This document shows, piece after piece, positions 37,891-47,370 of a DNA stretch of 64,000 nucleotides. Both the position numbers and the translations under genes were made by a program. The stretch's first letter is position 1; every line of letters begins with the position of its first letter. The stretch is from the NCBI GenBank assembly GCA_035714165.1, contig DASTMN010000021.1:6399-70398 (forward strand). The letters are read 5' to 3'. Under the pieces are notes generated by a model, which had not been told where the DNA came from, did not search any database, and saw nothing but the letters and a program-made list of their open reading frames with translations. Source of the DNA: Rhizomicrobium sp. Its GTDB lineage: Bacteria; Pseudomonadota; Alphaproteobacteria; Micropepsales; Micropepsaceae.

Positions 37891-38616
37891 TTATTTCCCG
37901 GCCCTGTCGCCGAACAGGCGCTTCAGTTCCGCTTCCGGCGTGCCGTAAAAGCTTCCCGCCACCTGTTCGATGCCCGCCCGGTTCACCAGAGTCAGCTGGC
38001 CGCGCCGGGTGGTGACCAGCCCGCGCTGCTCGAAACCGTGGATCGCCACGGTCACGCCCGCGCGCCGCACGCCCAGCATCACGGCCAGGAATTCGTGGGT
38101 CAACGGCACCGCGTCAGTGGTCATGCGGTCATGCGCCATCAGCAGCCAGCGCGCCAGGCGCTGCTCCAGCTTGGCGCGGCCATTGGCCAGCGCGGTATGC
38201 GCGGTCTGGATCATGAAACCCTGCGCCGATTTCAGGAATAGGGCGCGCAGGCTTTCGCTTCTGCCGATGGCGCCGCACAGGGCATCGGCGGATATGCGAT
38301 GCCCGCCGCCCGCGATCTGCATATAGGTGGAATGCTGTGCACGGCTGTCGCCCATGATGAGCGGCACGCCGGTCACGCCTTCAAATCCGATCACGCCGAC
38401 CTCGATACGGTGATCTTCCGCATCCACCGCCACCACCGAGGCGACGCCCGTTTCCAGGAAATAGGCATGGGCGATGGGCTTGGTCGGCACTTCCAGGACA
38501 TGCCGCTCCTTCATCGAGACCGGCTCCAGATGCGGGCCGAGCAGGTCCCAATCCTCCAGCGCGATATTCTGCAGAAGCCGGTTGCGAATCCCGGCGCGCG
38601 CGTGTGCTTCCAGCAT
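37891..38616 (-). CDS. Crp/Fnr family transcriptional regulator
   Basis: NRLL..., EVG.IG.EG, LARWLL..HDR, LTHEFLAVMLGVRRAGVT HTH. Confidence 0.92.
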   Translation of the reverse strand: MLEAHARAGIRNRLLQNIALEDWDLLGPHLEPVSMKERHVLEVPTKPIAHAYFLETGVASVVAVDAEDHRIEVGVIGFEGVTGVPLIMGDSRAQHSTYMQIAGGGHRISADALCGAIGRSESLRALFLKSAQGFMIQTAHTALANGRAKLEQRLARWLLMAHDRMTTDAVPLTHEFLAVMLGVRRAGVTVAIHGFEQRGLVTTRRGQLTLVNRAGIEQVAGSFYGTPEAELKRLFGDRAGK

Positions 38617-38737
38617 CAGTTCAGCCCAGCCAGGATGCGGGCCGTTCCCCGATGGCGGCCCGTCTTTCCGCGCTGCGAGTCGCGCGGAACTTCGTGATCG
38701 AACTTAGCGATAACGCGCTGAAAGCAAATGGCTATTT

Positions 38738-38755
38738 CAGTACGGAACCGTACTG
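38738..38755. promoter_or_regulatory. Perfect palindrome CAGTACGG-AA-CCGTACTG in the Crp leader
   Basis: 8+2+8 inverted repeat; related G(T/C)NCG-N4-CGNAC-like copies at 38809-38822, 38844-38857 and 38866-38880. Confidence 0.6.
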
Positions 38756-38873
38756 CCTCAAATGACTGAAGAAATATCATCGGGCACCTTCCGCGCCTCA
38801 GGCAATAAGTCTGTATACGGACAATACCCACCGCTGCAGCGCGGCACGGTATCGTGCGAAACAACTGTACGGA

Positions 38874-38899
38874 AACGAATGTACGCTGGGATGGGTTCC
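38874..38899 (-). promoter_or_regulatory. Sigma-EcfG (general stress response) type promoter GGAAC-N17-CGTT
   Basis: Exact consensus on the minus strand (GGAAC 38899-38895, CGTT 38877-38874), facing the Crp gene. Confidence 0.7.
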
Positions 38900-38900
38900 G

Positions 38901-39665
38901 TCAGCCGCGGAAGAAGCCGATGACCGCCTGCCGGGTGTGCCGGTCGCCCACCGCCGACATGTGGTCGCGCCCGGCGATGGTCACGGCAATGCCGCCGGGC
39001 AGCGCGGCGGCCAGAATGTCCGGCGAACCGGCCGTGTCGTCCTCGCTGCCACAGGCGACCAGGATCGGGCCTTTGAGCGACGCCAGTATGGCATGCGGCA
39101 GGTGCGGCGACATTCCCCGCATGCAGGCGGCCAGCGCCAGCCGGTCCTTGCCGGGCTGGTCGGCGAAGGCCCGGAACATCCGGCCACGCGCATCGGTGAT
39201 GCTGTCCTTATCCGGCGTCGTCAGCGCATCGGCCAGCGCGGCGCGGGCCGCCGGATCGGTAATGCGGTCTTCCAGATAGTGCGCGCCCACGCCCGCGATC
39301 GCCAGACGCGCCACGCGATGCGGATGCGCCGCCAGCAGGCGCAGGCCGATAAACCCGCCCATCGAATAGCCCAGCACGAAGGGCGCATCCAGATCGCAGG
39401 CATCCATCACCGCAACGGCGTCATCCGCCATGCGGTCATGCCCGTAAAAGGACGCATCGTGCGGCTTGTCGCTGTGCCCGTGGCCCCGGCAATCCATCGC
39501 CACGATGGAAAAGCCTGCTTCCGTCAGGCCGCCATACCAGCCGGTGGACTTCCAGTTCTGGTTGCGGCTGGAACCGAAGCCGTGCACCAGCAGAATGGCG
39601 GGGCCTTCGCCCAGCCGTTCAAATGCGATCTTCACGCCGTCGCTGGCGGTGGCATACTCGCTCAT
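38901..39665 (-). CDS. Alpha/beta hydrolase
   Basis: HGFGS oxyanion motif, GYSMGG nucleophile elbow, C-terminal D and H. Confidence 0.9.
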   Translation of the reverse strand: MSEYATASDGVKIAFERLGEGPAILLVHGFGSSRNQNWKSTGWYGGLTEAGFSIVAMDCRGHGHSDKPHDASFYGHDRMADDAVAVMDACDLDAPFVLGYSMGGFIGLRLLAAHPHRVARLAIAGVGAHYLEDRITDPAARAALADALTTPDKDSITDARGRMFRAFADQPGKDRLALAACMRGMSPHLPHAILASLKGPILVACGSEDDTAGSPDILAAALPGGIAVTIAGRDHMSAVGDRHTRQAVIGFFRG

Positions 39666-39701
39666 GGGTCCGGCTTATAAAGCCTGTCCGGGGAGAGAGA
39701 C

Positions 39702-40082
39702 ATGAGAATCTGGCTGTTCACGGCCGCCCTGCTGGGCGCGGGCGCGGTGATGCTGGGGGCCTTCGCCGCGCACGGGCTGGCGGCCCGGCTGGATCCGCGC
39801 GCCCTGGCGGTGTTCGATACCGGCGCACGCTACCACTTGGCGCATGCGCTGGCCATGGCGCTGGCGGCATTGGCCATGCGCGGCGCGGCCCGGCCACTGG
39901 CACAGATCGCGGCGGCGCTGTTCGGCGGCGGCATCCTGCTGTTTTCCGGCTCGCTCTATCTGCTGGCCGTCACCGGAATCCGCGCCCTGGGCATGGTGAC
40001 GCCGCTGGGCGGGCTGTGCTTCATCGGCGGCTGGGTGATGCTGGCGCTGGCGGCGCTGAAACTGCCCCGGCAGGATGCCTAA
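39702..40082 (+). CDS. DUF423 (YgdD/TMEM256) small membrane protein
   Basis: GAFAAHGL, T...YH..HA, G..LFSGSLY, TP.GG motifs. Confidence 0.9.
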   Translation: MRIWLFTAALLGAGAVMLGAFAAHGLAARLDPRALAVFDTGARYHLAHALAMALAALAMRGAARPLAQIAAALFGGGILLFSGSLYLLAVTGIRALGMVTPLGGLCFIGGWVMLALAALKLPRQDA

Positions 40083-41494
40083 TAGCGCCGCGCGATAAAA
40101 TCGCTCAACGCCTTCTCGTCCTGCACCACCCCACCGTCCGGCGGCATCAGCGCCGCCAGGAAACGGTCACCCCAGTCGGCGATATCATTCCGCAGCAGCG
40201 CGCCATACAGTTCGGCATGGCGCTGGCGGCGCTCCTCCAGCGGCATGGCGATGGCGCGGGCCATCGCGGCGGCGGCGGAATCCGGATCATAGGGATTGAC
40301 CAGCAGCGCCGCGCCCAGCTCATCCGCCGCGCCCGCGAAACGCGACAGCACCAGCACGCCCGGATCCTCCGGATTCTGCGCGGCGACATATTCCTTGGCC
40401 ACCAGGTTCATACCGTCGCGCAGCGGCGTGACCAGCCCCACCTTGGCGACGCGATAGAAACCCGCCAGCGCCGTCCGGCTATAGGGCCGGTTGACATAGC
40501 GCATGGGCGTCCAGGAGGCATGGCTGTAACTGCCGTTGATGCGCCCGGCCAGCGCGTTCACCGCCTCGCCCATCTCGGAATATTCCTTGATCTGGCTGCG
40601 GCTCTTGGGCGTGATCTGCAGATAGGTGACCTTGCCATGCCATTCCGGATAGCCGGCGAGAAACCGCTCATAGGCTTCCAGCCGTGCCGGAATGCCCTTG
40701 GAATAATCCAGCCGGTCCACCCCGATCATCAGTTCGCCGGGAATGGACTCGCGCAGTTGCGTCACCATCTGGGTCCGCATGGCATGCGCCGCCGCACGGG
40801 TGAATTCGCGCGTTTCGATGCCGACCGGAAAAGTCCCGATCCGCATGGCGCGCGCCCCGCTGCCCAGCGCCAGGGACAGGTGCGACGGCGTGCCCAACTC
40901 CTTGGCCAGATAGCGCGCGAAATTGGCCGCATCGCCATCGGTCTGGAAACCCACCAGGTCATAGGCGCCCAGCGCCGGGATCAGCTTTTCATGGTTGGGC
41001 ATGGCGGTAAGCAGTTCCGGCGGCGGCAGCGGAATATGCAGGAAGAAGCCGATGCGGTTCTGCAATCCCTTTTCCCGCAGCGCCTTGGCCAGCGGGATCA
41101 GGTGATAGTCATGCACCCAGACCACATCGTCAGGCTTGAGCATCGGCGCCAGCGCATCGGCGAACTGGTTGTTCACCCGCAGATAGCCGGACAGGTCGCG
41201 GCGCGAGAACTCCGCCAGGTCCAGGCGGTAATGGAAGATCGGCCACAGCACCCGGTTGGCGAAGCCGTTGTAATACTCCTCGAAATCCTCCTGCCCCAGG
41301 TCGGTGACGACATAGGCATTGCGGCCCTTGACGATGGTCTCGGTGCGGGGCGTGTCGCTGAGTTCTCCGCTCCAGCCCAGCCAGACGCAGTGATGCTTTT
41401 TCAGCGTGGCCTTGAGCGCGACTTCAAGGCCGCCCGGCTGAAGCCCGGCCCTGGGCACCGCGACCCGGTTGGAGATTATGAAGATGCGCGCCAA
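40079..41494 (-). CDS. otsA: Trehalose-6-phosphate synthase
   Basis: SNRV, YYNGFAN..LWP.FHY, WVHDYH, GFFLHIP, GVDRLDYSKG, DGMNLVAKEY; probable TTG start at 41494. Confidence 0.93.
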   Translation of the reverse strand: MARIFIISNRVAVPRAGLQPGGLEVALKATLKKHHCVWLGWSGELSDTPRTETIVKGRNAYVVTDLGQEDFEEYYNGFANRVLWPIFHYRLDLAEFSRRDLSGYLRVNNQFADALAPMLKPDDVVWVHDYHLIPLAKALREKGLQNRIGFFLHIPLPPPELLTAMPNHEKLIPALGAYDLVGFQTDGDAANFARYLAKELGTPSHLSLALGSGARAMRIGTFPVGIETREFTRAAAHAMRTQMVTQLRESIPGELMIGVDRLDYSKGIPARLEAYERFLAGYPEWHGKVTYLQITPKSRSQIKEYSEMGEAVNALAGRINGSYSHASWTPMRYVNRPYSRTALAGFYRVAKVGLVTPLRDGMNLVAKEYVAAQNPEDPGVLVLSRFAGAADELGAALLVNPYDPDSAAAAMARAIAMPLEERRQRHAELYGALLRNDIADWGDRFLAALMPPDGGVVQDEKALSDFIARRY

Positions 41495-43275
41495 TAGCGG
41501 TCCTCCCAGCTCTGGCTCAGGCGCATGGCGCTGAGAACCACACCCGCCATCGAATAGGTCTGGGGGAAATTGCCCCACAGCGCCCCGGTCTGGGGATGGA
41601 TGTCCTCGGCCAGCAGGCCATAGGAATTGCGCAATCCCAGCGCATCCTCGAAACGCTCGCGCGCCTCCTCCTTGCGGCCCATCGCACAGAGCGCGTCGAT
41701 CAGCCAGAAGCGGCAGACCAGGAATTCGGTTTCCGGCAGGCCGAAATCGTCCTCGGCGGCATAGCGCATGACATGGCGGCCCCGCACCAAGTCCTTTTCG
41801 ATGGCGGCCACGGTGGAAACAAAACGCGGATCGTGCGGCTCCACCAGGCCCAGGTCCGGCAGCAGCAGCACGCTGGCATCCATGTCGTCCACACCCTCGG
41901 CGGCGGCGAAGGCCTGGCGCTTTTCGTTCCAGACCCGCCGCAGCAGCTCCTCGCCGATCGTGTCGGACAGGTTGTGCCAATGGGCGGCGCGGTCCATGAA
42001 CCCCAGCCGCGCCGCGATGGCGGCGGTGCGCGACAGGCCCGCCCAGCACATGGCGCCGGAATGGGTATGGATGCGCTTGCGGCCGCGGAACTCCCAGATG
42101 CCCGCATCGGGTTCCAGCGCCAGCGCCGCGCATTGCCCCGCCATCTTCTCCAGCAGGCGGAACAGCCCTTCATCGCCCGGCTGCGGCAGGCGCTTGTCGA
42201 AGAACATGGGGGTGGCGGCCAGGATCACGCTGCCATAGGCATCATGCTGCACCTGATCCACGGCGGCGTTGCCGATGCGGACCGGGCCGTGCCCCTCGAA
42301 CCCCTTGAGGTCGGGCGCAATCCATTCGGTGAGATCGTCGCTGGGCACAATGCCGTAACAAGGCGCCAGCGTGTCGGTATTGCCGGCGATGGACAGGATA
42401 TAGGCGATATACTGTTCCATGGTGCGGGTGGCGCCGATGGCGTTCAGCGCCTTGACCACGAAATAGGCGTCGCGCAGCCAGCAATAGCGGTAATCCCAGT
42501 TGCGGCCCGAATGGGGGGCTTCCGGCAGCGAGGTGGTCAGCGCCGCCACGATGCCGCCGGTTTCCTCGAAATTGGTCAGCTTCAGCGTGATGGCGGCGCG
42601 GATGCTGGCTTCCTGCCACTCATAGGCGATGGACAGGCGGCGCACCCATTCGCGCCAATAGTCACGGGTGCGCGCCGCGAAATCGCGCACGGTGGCGGCA
42701 ATGTCGCCCATGAAGGGTTCGTCCGGCCCGAACACCAGGTGCAGCGGCCGCGTCAGGGCGAACGGCGTTTCCTGCTGGATATAGGACAGCGGCGCATCGG
42801 TGGTCAGCCGGATCAGCGCCGGTTCGCCATAGGTGACATGGCTGGACCCCGCCACCCGCCGCTTCATCGGATTGCCGTAGAACTGCGTGGGCCGCACCCG
42901 GATGGTGACGCGCGGCAGGCCCGACAGCGGCTCGATCATCCGCATCAGCTGCGGCGGGCGCAGCAGGCGGTCGAAATTGCGCAGGCGCGGCGCGAAATCG
43001 GTGATCTTCACCTGCGCCCCGTCCTGGGCCGTCAGGACGGTGGTGACGATGGCGGTATTGCGGTCATACTCGGACCGGCTGGACACCTGCCGGTCCAGCA
43101 CCACATCGGAAAATCCCTTCTCCTCGTCGCCCGCCACCAGGCGGCTGAAGACCGGATCGCTGTCGAAGCGCGGGAAACACCACCACACGATCCGGCCGCC
43201 GGAATCCACCAGCGCCGCCATGCGGCCATTGCCGATCACCGCCAGGTCCGGCGGGTTCTGCGCGGGTCCGGTCAT
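41476..43275 (-). CDS. Glycoside hydrolase family 15 (probable trehalase), copy 1
   Basis: IGNG..AAL, W.C.PRFDS, RNWDYRYCWLRDA, GIWEFRG, GNFPQ.YS motifs; lies between otsB and otsA. Confidence 0.9.
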   Translation of the reverse strand: MTGPAQNPPDLAVIGNGRMAALVDSGGRIVWWCFPRFDSDPVFSRLVAGDEEKGFSDVVLDRQVSSRSEYDRNTAIVTTVLTAQDGAQVKITDFAPRLRNFDRLLRPPQLMRMIEPLSGLPRVTIRVRPTQFYGNPMKRRVAGSSHVTYGEPALIRLTTDAPLSYIQQETPFALTRPLHLVFGPDEPFMGDIAATVRDFAARTRDYWREWVRRLSIAYEWQEASIRAAITLKLTNFEETGGIVAALTTSLPEAPHSGRNWDYRYCWLRDAYFVVKALNAIGATRTMEQYIAYILSIAGNTDTLAPCYGIVPSDDLTEWIAPDLKGFEGHGPVRIGNAAVDQVQHDAYGSVILAATPMFFDKRLPQPGDEGLFRLLEKMAGQCAALALEPDAGIWEFRGRKRIHTHSGAMCWAGLSRTAAIAARLGFMDRAAHWHNLSDTIGEELLRRVWNEKRQAFAAAEGVDDMDASVLLLPDLGLVEPHDPRFVSTVAAIEKDLVRGRHVMRYAAEDDFGLPETEFLVCRFWLIDALCAMGRKEEARERFEDALGLRNSYGLLAEDIHPQTGALWGNFPQTYSMAGVVLSAMRLSQSWEDRYWRASS

Positions 43276-44015
43276 CGTACCCCCGCCTCGGCCACGCGGC
43301 ACAGCCATTGCCGCACGCCATGCGGCGATTCAAAGACATGCTCCACGCCGGGAAAGCGCTTACCCACCGAAAAGCCCCGCCCGCCCAGATGTGGCAGGAT
43401 GCGGAAGACATCCAGGTCGGTGGTGTCGTCGCCGCCGAACAGCACCCGGCGTCCGGCAAAGGGCGGCTGGCGCAACAGGCTTGTCACCGCCGTCCCCTTG
43501 TCCACGCCCTGGGGCCGCGCCTCGAACACTGCCTTGCCGTGGATCACATTGACCTTTTCGGCTTCAAACAGCCTGGCATGCTTGTCCATCGCCGACAGCA
43601 GCACCGGCAGGGCTTCCGGCGCCAGCCGGTAATGCAGCGCCACGGCGCAGGCCTTGTCTTCCAGCAGCAGTCCCGGAACATTGTCGGCCAGGCCGGTAAA
43701 GATGCTGCGGACGGCTTCGGACAGCGGCGCCACCCGCGCCACATGCCCGTCCGCGCCGCGGATTTCCCCGCCATGCGCGCCGATGGCTGCCGCGCGCAAA
43801 GGCGTGAACAGCCTGTCTATATCCTCCAGGGAACGGCCGCTGACAAAGGCCAGCGCGCCCGACAACTGCTGCGCCAGCTTTTCAAGTGCGCGTACAAGAT
43901 CGCCCGGTACCTTGACCAGGTCCGGCGTGCGCGCCAGATCCAGCAGGGTCCCGTCTATATCCAGCAGCAAGGCGGTGTTCCCACCGATAGGGGGCATCAT
44001 TCCAGCATCCGTCAT
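43272..44015 (-). CDS. otsB: Trehalose-6-phosphate phosphatase
   Basis: HAD motif LDIDGTL, VSGR, EDK...A.HYR, KG.A, GDD.TD. Confidence 0.92.
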   Translation of the reverse strand: MTDAGMMPPIGGNTALLLDIDGTLLDLARTPDLVKVPGDLVRALEKLAQQLSGALAFVSGRSLEDIDRLFTPLRAAAIGAHGGEIRGADGHVARVAPLSEAVRSIFTGLADNVPGLLLEDKACAVALHYRLAPEALPVLLSAMDKHARLFEAEKVNVIHGKAVFEARPQGVDKGTAVTSLLRQPPFAGRRVLFGGDDTTDLDVFRILPHLGGRGFSVGKRFPGVEHVFESPHGVRQWLCRVAEAGVR

Positions 44016-44085
44016 AGCGCCCATGTCATGAAGAAAAGGGTCATGACGTGCGTTTCATGAAATAGCGTTCGATCTATGGGATCGA

Positions 44086-44111
44086 AACGCATGGTCGGCT
44101 GCAAAAGTTCC
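44086..44111 (-). promoter_or_regulatory. Sigma-EcfG type promoter GGAAC-N17-CGTT upstream of otsB
   Basis: Exact consensus on the minus strand (GGAAC 44111-44107, CGTT 44089-44086). Confidence 0.75.
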
Positions 44112-44130
44112 CCGGCCTGTGCGGATTTTT

Positions 44131-44844
44131 TTATCGCACAGTGTGGCGGGTCCAGGCAAAGGCGCCGCCTTCCATGCCCGCGTCATTGTCAACGATGGTC
44201 ACATTGGACGGCAGCGTGAAATCGATGCGGGCCGAATTGCCGCCGCCGAAATAGAGGCGGTCATATTTGAACACCGTATCCAGTATGCCGATCAGTTTCC
44301 TGACCCGCTTGTTCCATTTCTTGTTGCCGATGCGCTTGCGGGTGCGCTCGCCGATATAGACGTCGAAATCGTTCCGGCGATGGGTGGTCAGGTGCGCCAG
44401 GTCCATGTGCGGCAGCAGTTCGCCATCGCGAAACCAGGCCGTGCCGAAGCCCGTGCCCAGGGTGCAGACAAGCTCCAGCCCCTTGCCCTTGATCGCGGCC
44501 AGGCCCTGCACATCGGCATCGTTCAGCAGCTTGACCGGCTTGCCCAGTTTCTTCTGCATCACCATGTCGAGCGGATAGTTCGCCCAGTCTTCCGTGCCAT
44601 AGGCCGGGCCGGTGATCACCCGGCCGCGCTTGACCATGCCGGGAAAGCCGATGGTGACATGATCGAACCGCCCCAGCGGCTTCACCAGCTTCACCAGCAA
44701 GGGCACGATATCGGCAGGCTTGCGCTTGGCCGGGGTAGCTATGCGCACGCGCTCCACCAGGAATTGCCCGTCCGGCCCGACAATGGCCGCCTTCAGTCCC
44801 GTGCCGCCGATGTCTATGCAGAGAATGCGCTTAGCGGCGGCCAT
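44131..44844 (-). CDS. ROK-family sugar kinase, polyphosphate glucokinase-like
   Basis: IDIGGTG.K, GFPG.V, NDADVQG, TLGTGFG, and a basic patch RTRKRIGNKKWNKRVRK. Confidence 0.75.
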   Translation of the reverse strand: MAAAKRILCIDIGGTGLKAAIVGPDGQFLVERVRIATPAKRKPADIVPLLVKLVKPLGRFDHVTIGFPGMVKRGRVITGPAYGTEDWANYPLDMVMQKKLGKPVKLLNDADVQGLAAIKGKGLELVCTLGTGFGTAWFRDGELLPHMDLAHLTTHRRNDFDVYIGERTRKRIGNKKWNKRVRKLIGILDTVFKYDRLYFGGGNSARIDFTLPSNVTIVDNDAGMEGGAFAWTRHTVR

Positions 44845-46645
44845 GGGCGGTTTTCCTCCTGCGCGCCTTGCGGACCGGCGCCTTCTTGCCGTCCATCATC
44901 AGCGCCAGGGCGGTGTTGATCAAGGCGACATGGCTGAAGGCCTGGGGAAAATTGCCCAGCATGCGCTTTTCCAGCGGGTCATATTCCTCGGCATACAGGC
45001 CGATATCATTGGCCAGCCGTTTCAGTTTTCCGTACAGCCGCAGCGCCTCGCGGCGGCGGCCCATCATCACATAGGCGTCGGCCAGCCAGAAACTGCAGGC
45101 CAGGAACGCGCCCTCGCCCGGCGGCAGCCCGTCCACCCCGGTCACCGTCTCGTAACGCATCACCAGGCCTTCGCACATCAGCCGCTTTTCGATCTCGCGC
45201 ACTGTCGCCTGGATGCGCCGGTCGTTGGCGGGCAGGAAACCCACCAGCGGCAGCAGCAACAGGCTGGCATCCATCGCGCTGGAGCCATAGGCCTGCACGA
45301 AACAGCCGCGCTTTTTGTCCACGCCCTTGGCGCAGATGTCCTTGTGGATGCGCCGCGCCACGGCGCGGCAATGGGCGCGTTCCTGCGGCGTGGCGTCGGG
45401 CGAGCGGGCCGCGCGATCGAACGCCACCCAGGTCATCACTTTGGAATGCACGAAATGCCGGGGCTGGCCGCGAATTTCCCAGATGCCCTCGTCCGGCAGC
45501 GACCAGATTTTTTCCAGATGCGCCATGAAGACATGGCGAAGCTCCGTCCGGCGGGACACGGGCGACAGGCCGCCGCCCCGCGCCTGGGCCATCACATCGG
45601 CCATCTCGCCATAGATATCGAGCTGAAGCTGGGTATGGGCGGCGTTGCCCACCCGCACCGGCCGCGAATTCTCATAGCCGGACAGGTGGCCCAGTTCGAT
45701 CTCGTCCAGCCGCCGCTCGCCGATCACATTGTACATGGTCTGGATCTGCTCCGGCGAACCGGCGATGGCGCGCATCAGCCAATGCTCCCACATCGTCGCT
45801 TCCTCGGTGTATCCGGCATTGAGGAAGGCCAGCAGCGTGAAGGTGGCGTCGCGCAGCCAGCAGAAGCGATAGTCCCAGTTGCGGGTGCCGCCGATCTTTT
45901 CGGGCAGCGAGGTGGTGACCGCCGCCACGATGCCGCCGGTGGGCGCATAGGAAAGCCCCTTCAGCGTGATCAGCGACCGCATGATGTCGGCGCGCCACTT
46001 GCCCTTCACCCGGCACAGCGACGCCCATTGGCGCCAGTAGCCTTCCGTCTCGTCCAGCGCGATGAAGGCGTCTATCGCCAGCGGCAGCGGCTGGAAGGAT
46101 TTTCCATAGGACATCACGAAGGGCACGCTGTCGCCCTTGCGGACCGTGAACTCCGCCACCGTGTGCATGTTCTCGCCCCGCAGCGGCACGGGCGTGCGGA
46201 TGGCCAGCAGGTTAGGTCCCGCCACGGCGGTCAGGGTGCGGCGGTCGCGCCGCGACACCCAGGGAATGGTCGCGCCATAGTCGAACCGGATGGCCAGTTC
46301 GGTCCGCATGTCCACATGCCCCGCCAGCCCTTCCACGATCCGCACGATGCAGCTGTCGGGCGTGCCGGGCGGCATGAAATCGGTGACGCGCACCTTGCCG
46401 GTGTGGGTGGTGAAGACGGTTTCCAGGATCAGGCTGTCCCCGCGATAGCTGCGCGCGGTCTTGAAGCGGGCGGCCTGCGGCGCGATCAGCCAGCGGCCAT
46501 TGCCCTTGTCACCCAGCAGCGCCGCGAAACAGGCGTCGGAATCGAAGCGCGGCAGGCACAGCCAGTCCACCGAGCCGTTATGGCAGACCAGCGCCGCCGT
46601 GCGGCAATCGCCGATGACCCCATAATCCTCGATCCGTGCCGCCAT
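44831..46645 (-). CDS. Glycoside hydrolase family 15, copy 2
   Basis: IEDYG.IGDC.TAAL, LCLPRFDS.ACFAALLG, NWDYRFCWLRDA, GIWE.RG, GNFPQAFSH motifs. Confidence 0.92.
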   Translation of the reverse strand: MAARIEDYGVIGDCRTAALVCHNGSVDWLCLPRFDSDACFAALLGDKGNGRWLIAPQAARFKTARSYRGDSLILETVFTTHTGKVRVTDFMPPGTPDSCIVRIVEGLAGHVDMRTELAIRFDYGATIPWVSRRDRRTLTAVAGPNLLAIRTPVPLRGENMHTVAEFTVRKGDSVPFVMSYGKSFQPLPLAIDAFIALDETEGYWRQWASLCRVKGKWRADIMRSLITLKGLSYAPTGGIVAAVTTSLPEKIGGTRNWDYRFCWLRDATFTLLAFLNAGYTEEATMWEHWLMRAIAGSPEQIQTMYNVIGERRLDEIELGHLSGYENSRPVRVGNAAHTQLQLDIYGEMADVMAQARGGGLSPVSRRTELRHVFMAHLEKIWSLPDEGIWEIRGQPRHFVHSKVMTWVAFDRAARSPDATPQERAHCRAVARRIHKDICAKGVDKKRGCFVQAYGSSAMDASLLLLPLVGFLPANDRRIQATVREIEKRLMCEGLVMRYETVTGVDGLPPGEGAFLACSFWLADAYVMMGRRREALRLYGKLKRLANDIGLYAEEYDPLEKRMLGNFPQAFSHVALINTALALMMDGKKAPVRKARRRKTAHGRR

Positions 46646-47370
46646 CAGAAGCCGTATCCCTCATCGTCCTCGCCCGCCGCCGCCCGGTCCACCAGCCAGA
46701 GCACCGCGCCCTGCGGTTTCAACGCGCCCGCCGGCAAGGCCCCGGCGCGAGCCTGGGCCAGCGCATCGCGCTTGGCCGCGCCGCTGACCAGGAACAGGAT
46801 CAGTTCGCTGGATTCCAGCGCCGGATAGGTCAGGGTCAGACGCGGCTCGCCGCGCCCTTCCGGCACCGCCGCGACCCAGCGGCGGCGTTCCCGCAGCACC
46901 GGCTGGCCCGGCAGCAGCGAAGCCGTGTGGCCGTCATCGCCCAACCCAAGCAAGGTGAGATGGAACAGCGGCTGGCCCGGCTGCAATTCGCCCGCGCCAT
47001 ATTGCTGGCGCAGCGCCTCGTCATAGCGGTCGGCGCAGGATTGCGGCGTTCCGTCGGTGGGCATGGCGAAAACCTTGCGGGGGCGCACCGCCGCACCCGC
47101 CAGCAGCGTCTCGCGCACCATGCGATAGTTGGAATCGGCATGATCCGGCGGCACCCAGCGCTCGTCGCTGAAGAACAGTTCGGCGCAGTCCCAGTCCAGA
47201 TTTTGTTCGGCCAGAAGCCGGTAGGTGGCGCGCGGTGTCGCGCCACCCGACAGCACCAGGCGGAAAGGATGGCGGGCGGTCCGCATGCGTCCGGCGATAA
47301 TCTCCGCCGCCCGCGCCGCCAGCGCCCCGGCATCCGCCACCACTTCCATCCGGCCCGCGATATCCGTCAA
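46645..47370 (-). CDS. pgl: 6-phosphogluconolactonase
   Basis: LSGGATP, FSDERWVP..H.DSN, LG.G.DGHTASL, RLTLT motifs. Confidence 0.93.
   Translation of the reverse strand: MTDIAGRMEVVADAGALAARAAEIIAGRMRTARHPFRLVLSGGATPRATYRLLAEQNLDWDCAELFFSDERWVPPDHADSNYRMVRETLLAGAAVRPRKVFAMPTDGTPQSCADRYDEALRQQYGAGELQPGQPLFHLTLLGLGDDGHTASLLPGQPVLRERRRWVAAVPEGRGEPRLTLTYPALESSELILFLVSGAAKRDALAQARAGALPAGALKPQGAVLWLVDRAAAGEDDEGYGF

Noticed and set aside
35326-38241. 971-aa plus-strand ORF
   Set aside because: Antisense shadow of the helicase and Crp genes in high-GC DNA; no recognisable motifs.
38616-38864. 82-aa ORF in the Crp leader
   Set aside because: TTG start, no RBS, atypical codon use; better explained as regulatory DNA, though a leaderless peptide is not excluded.
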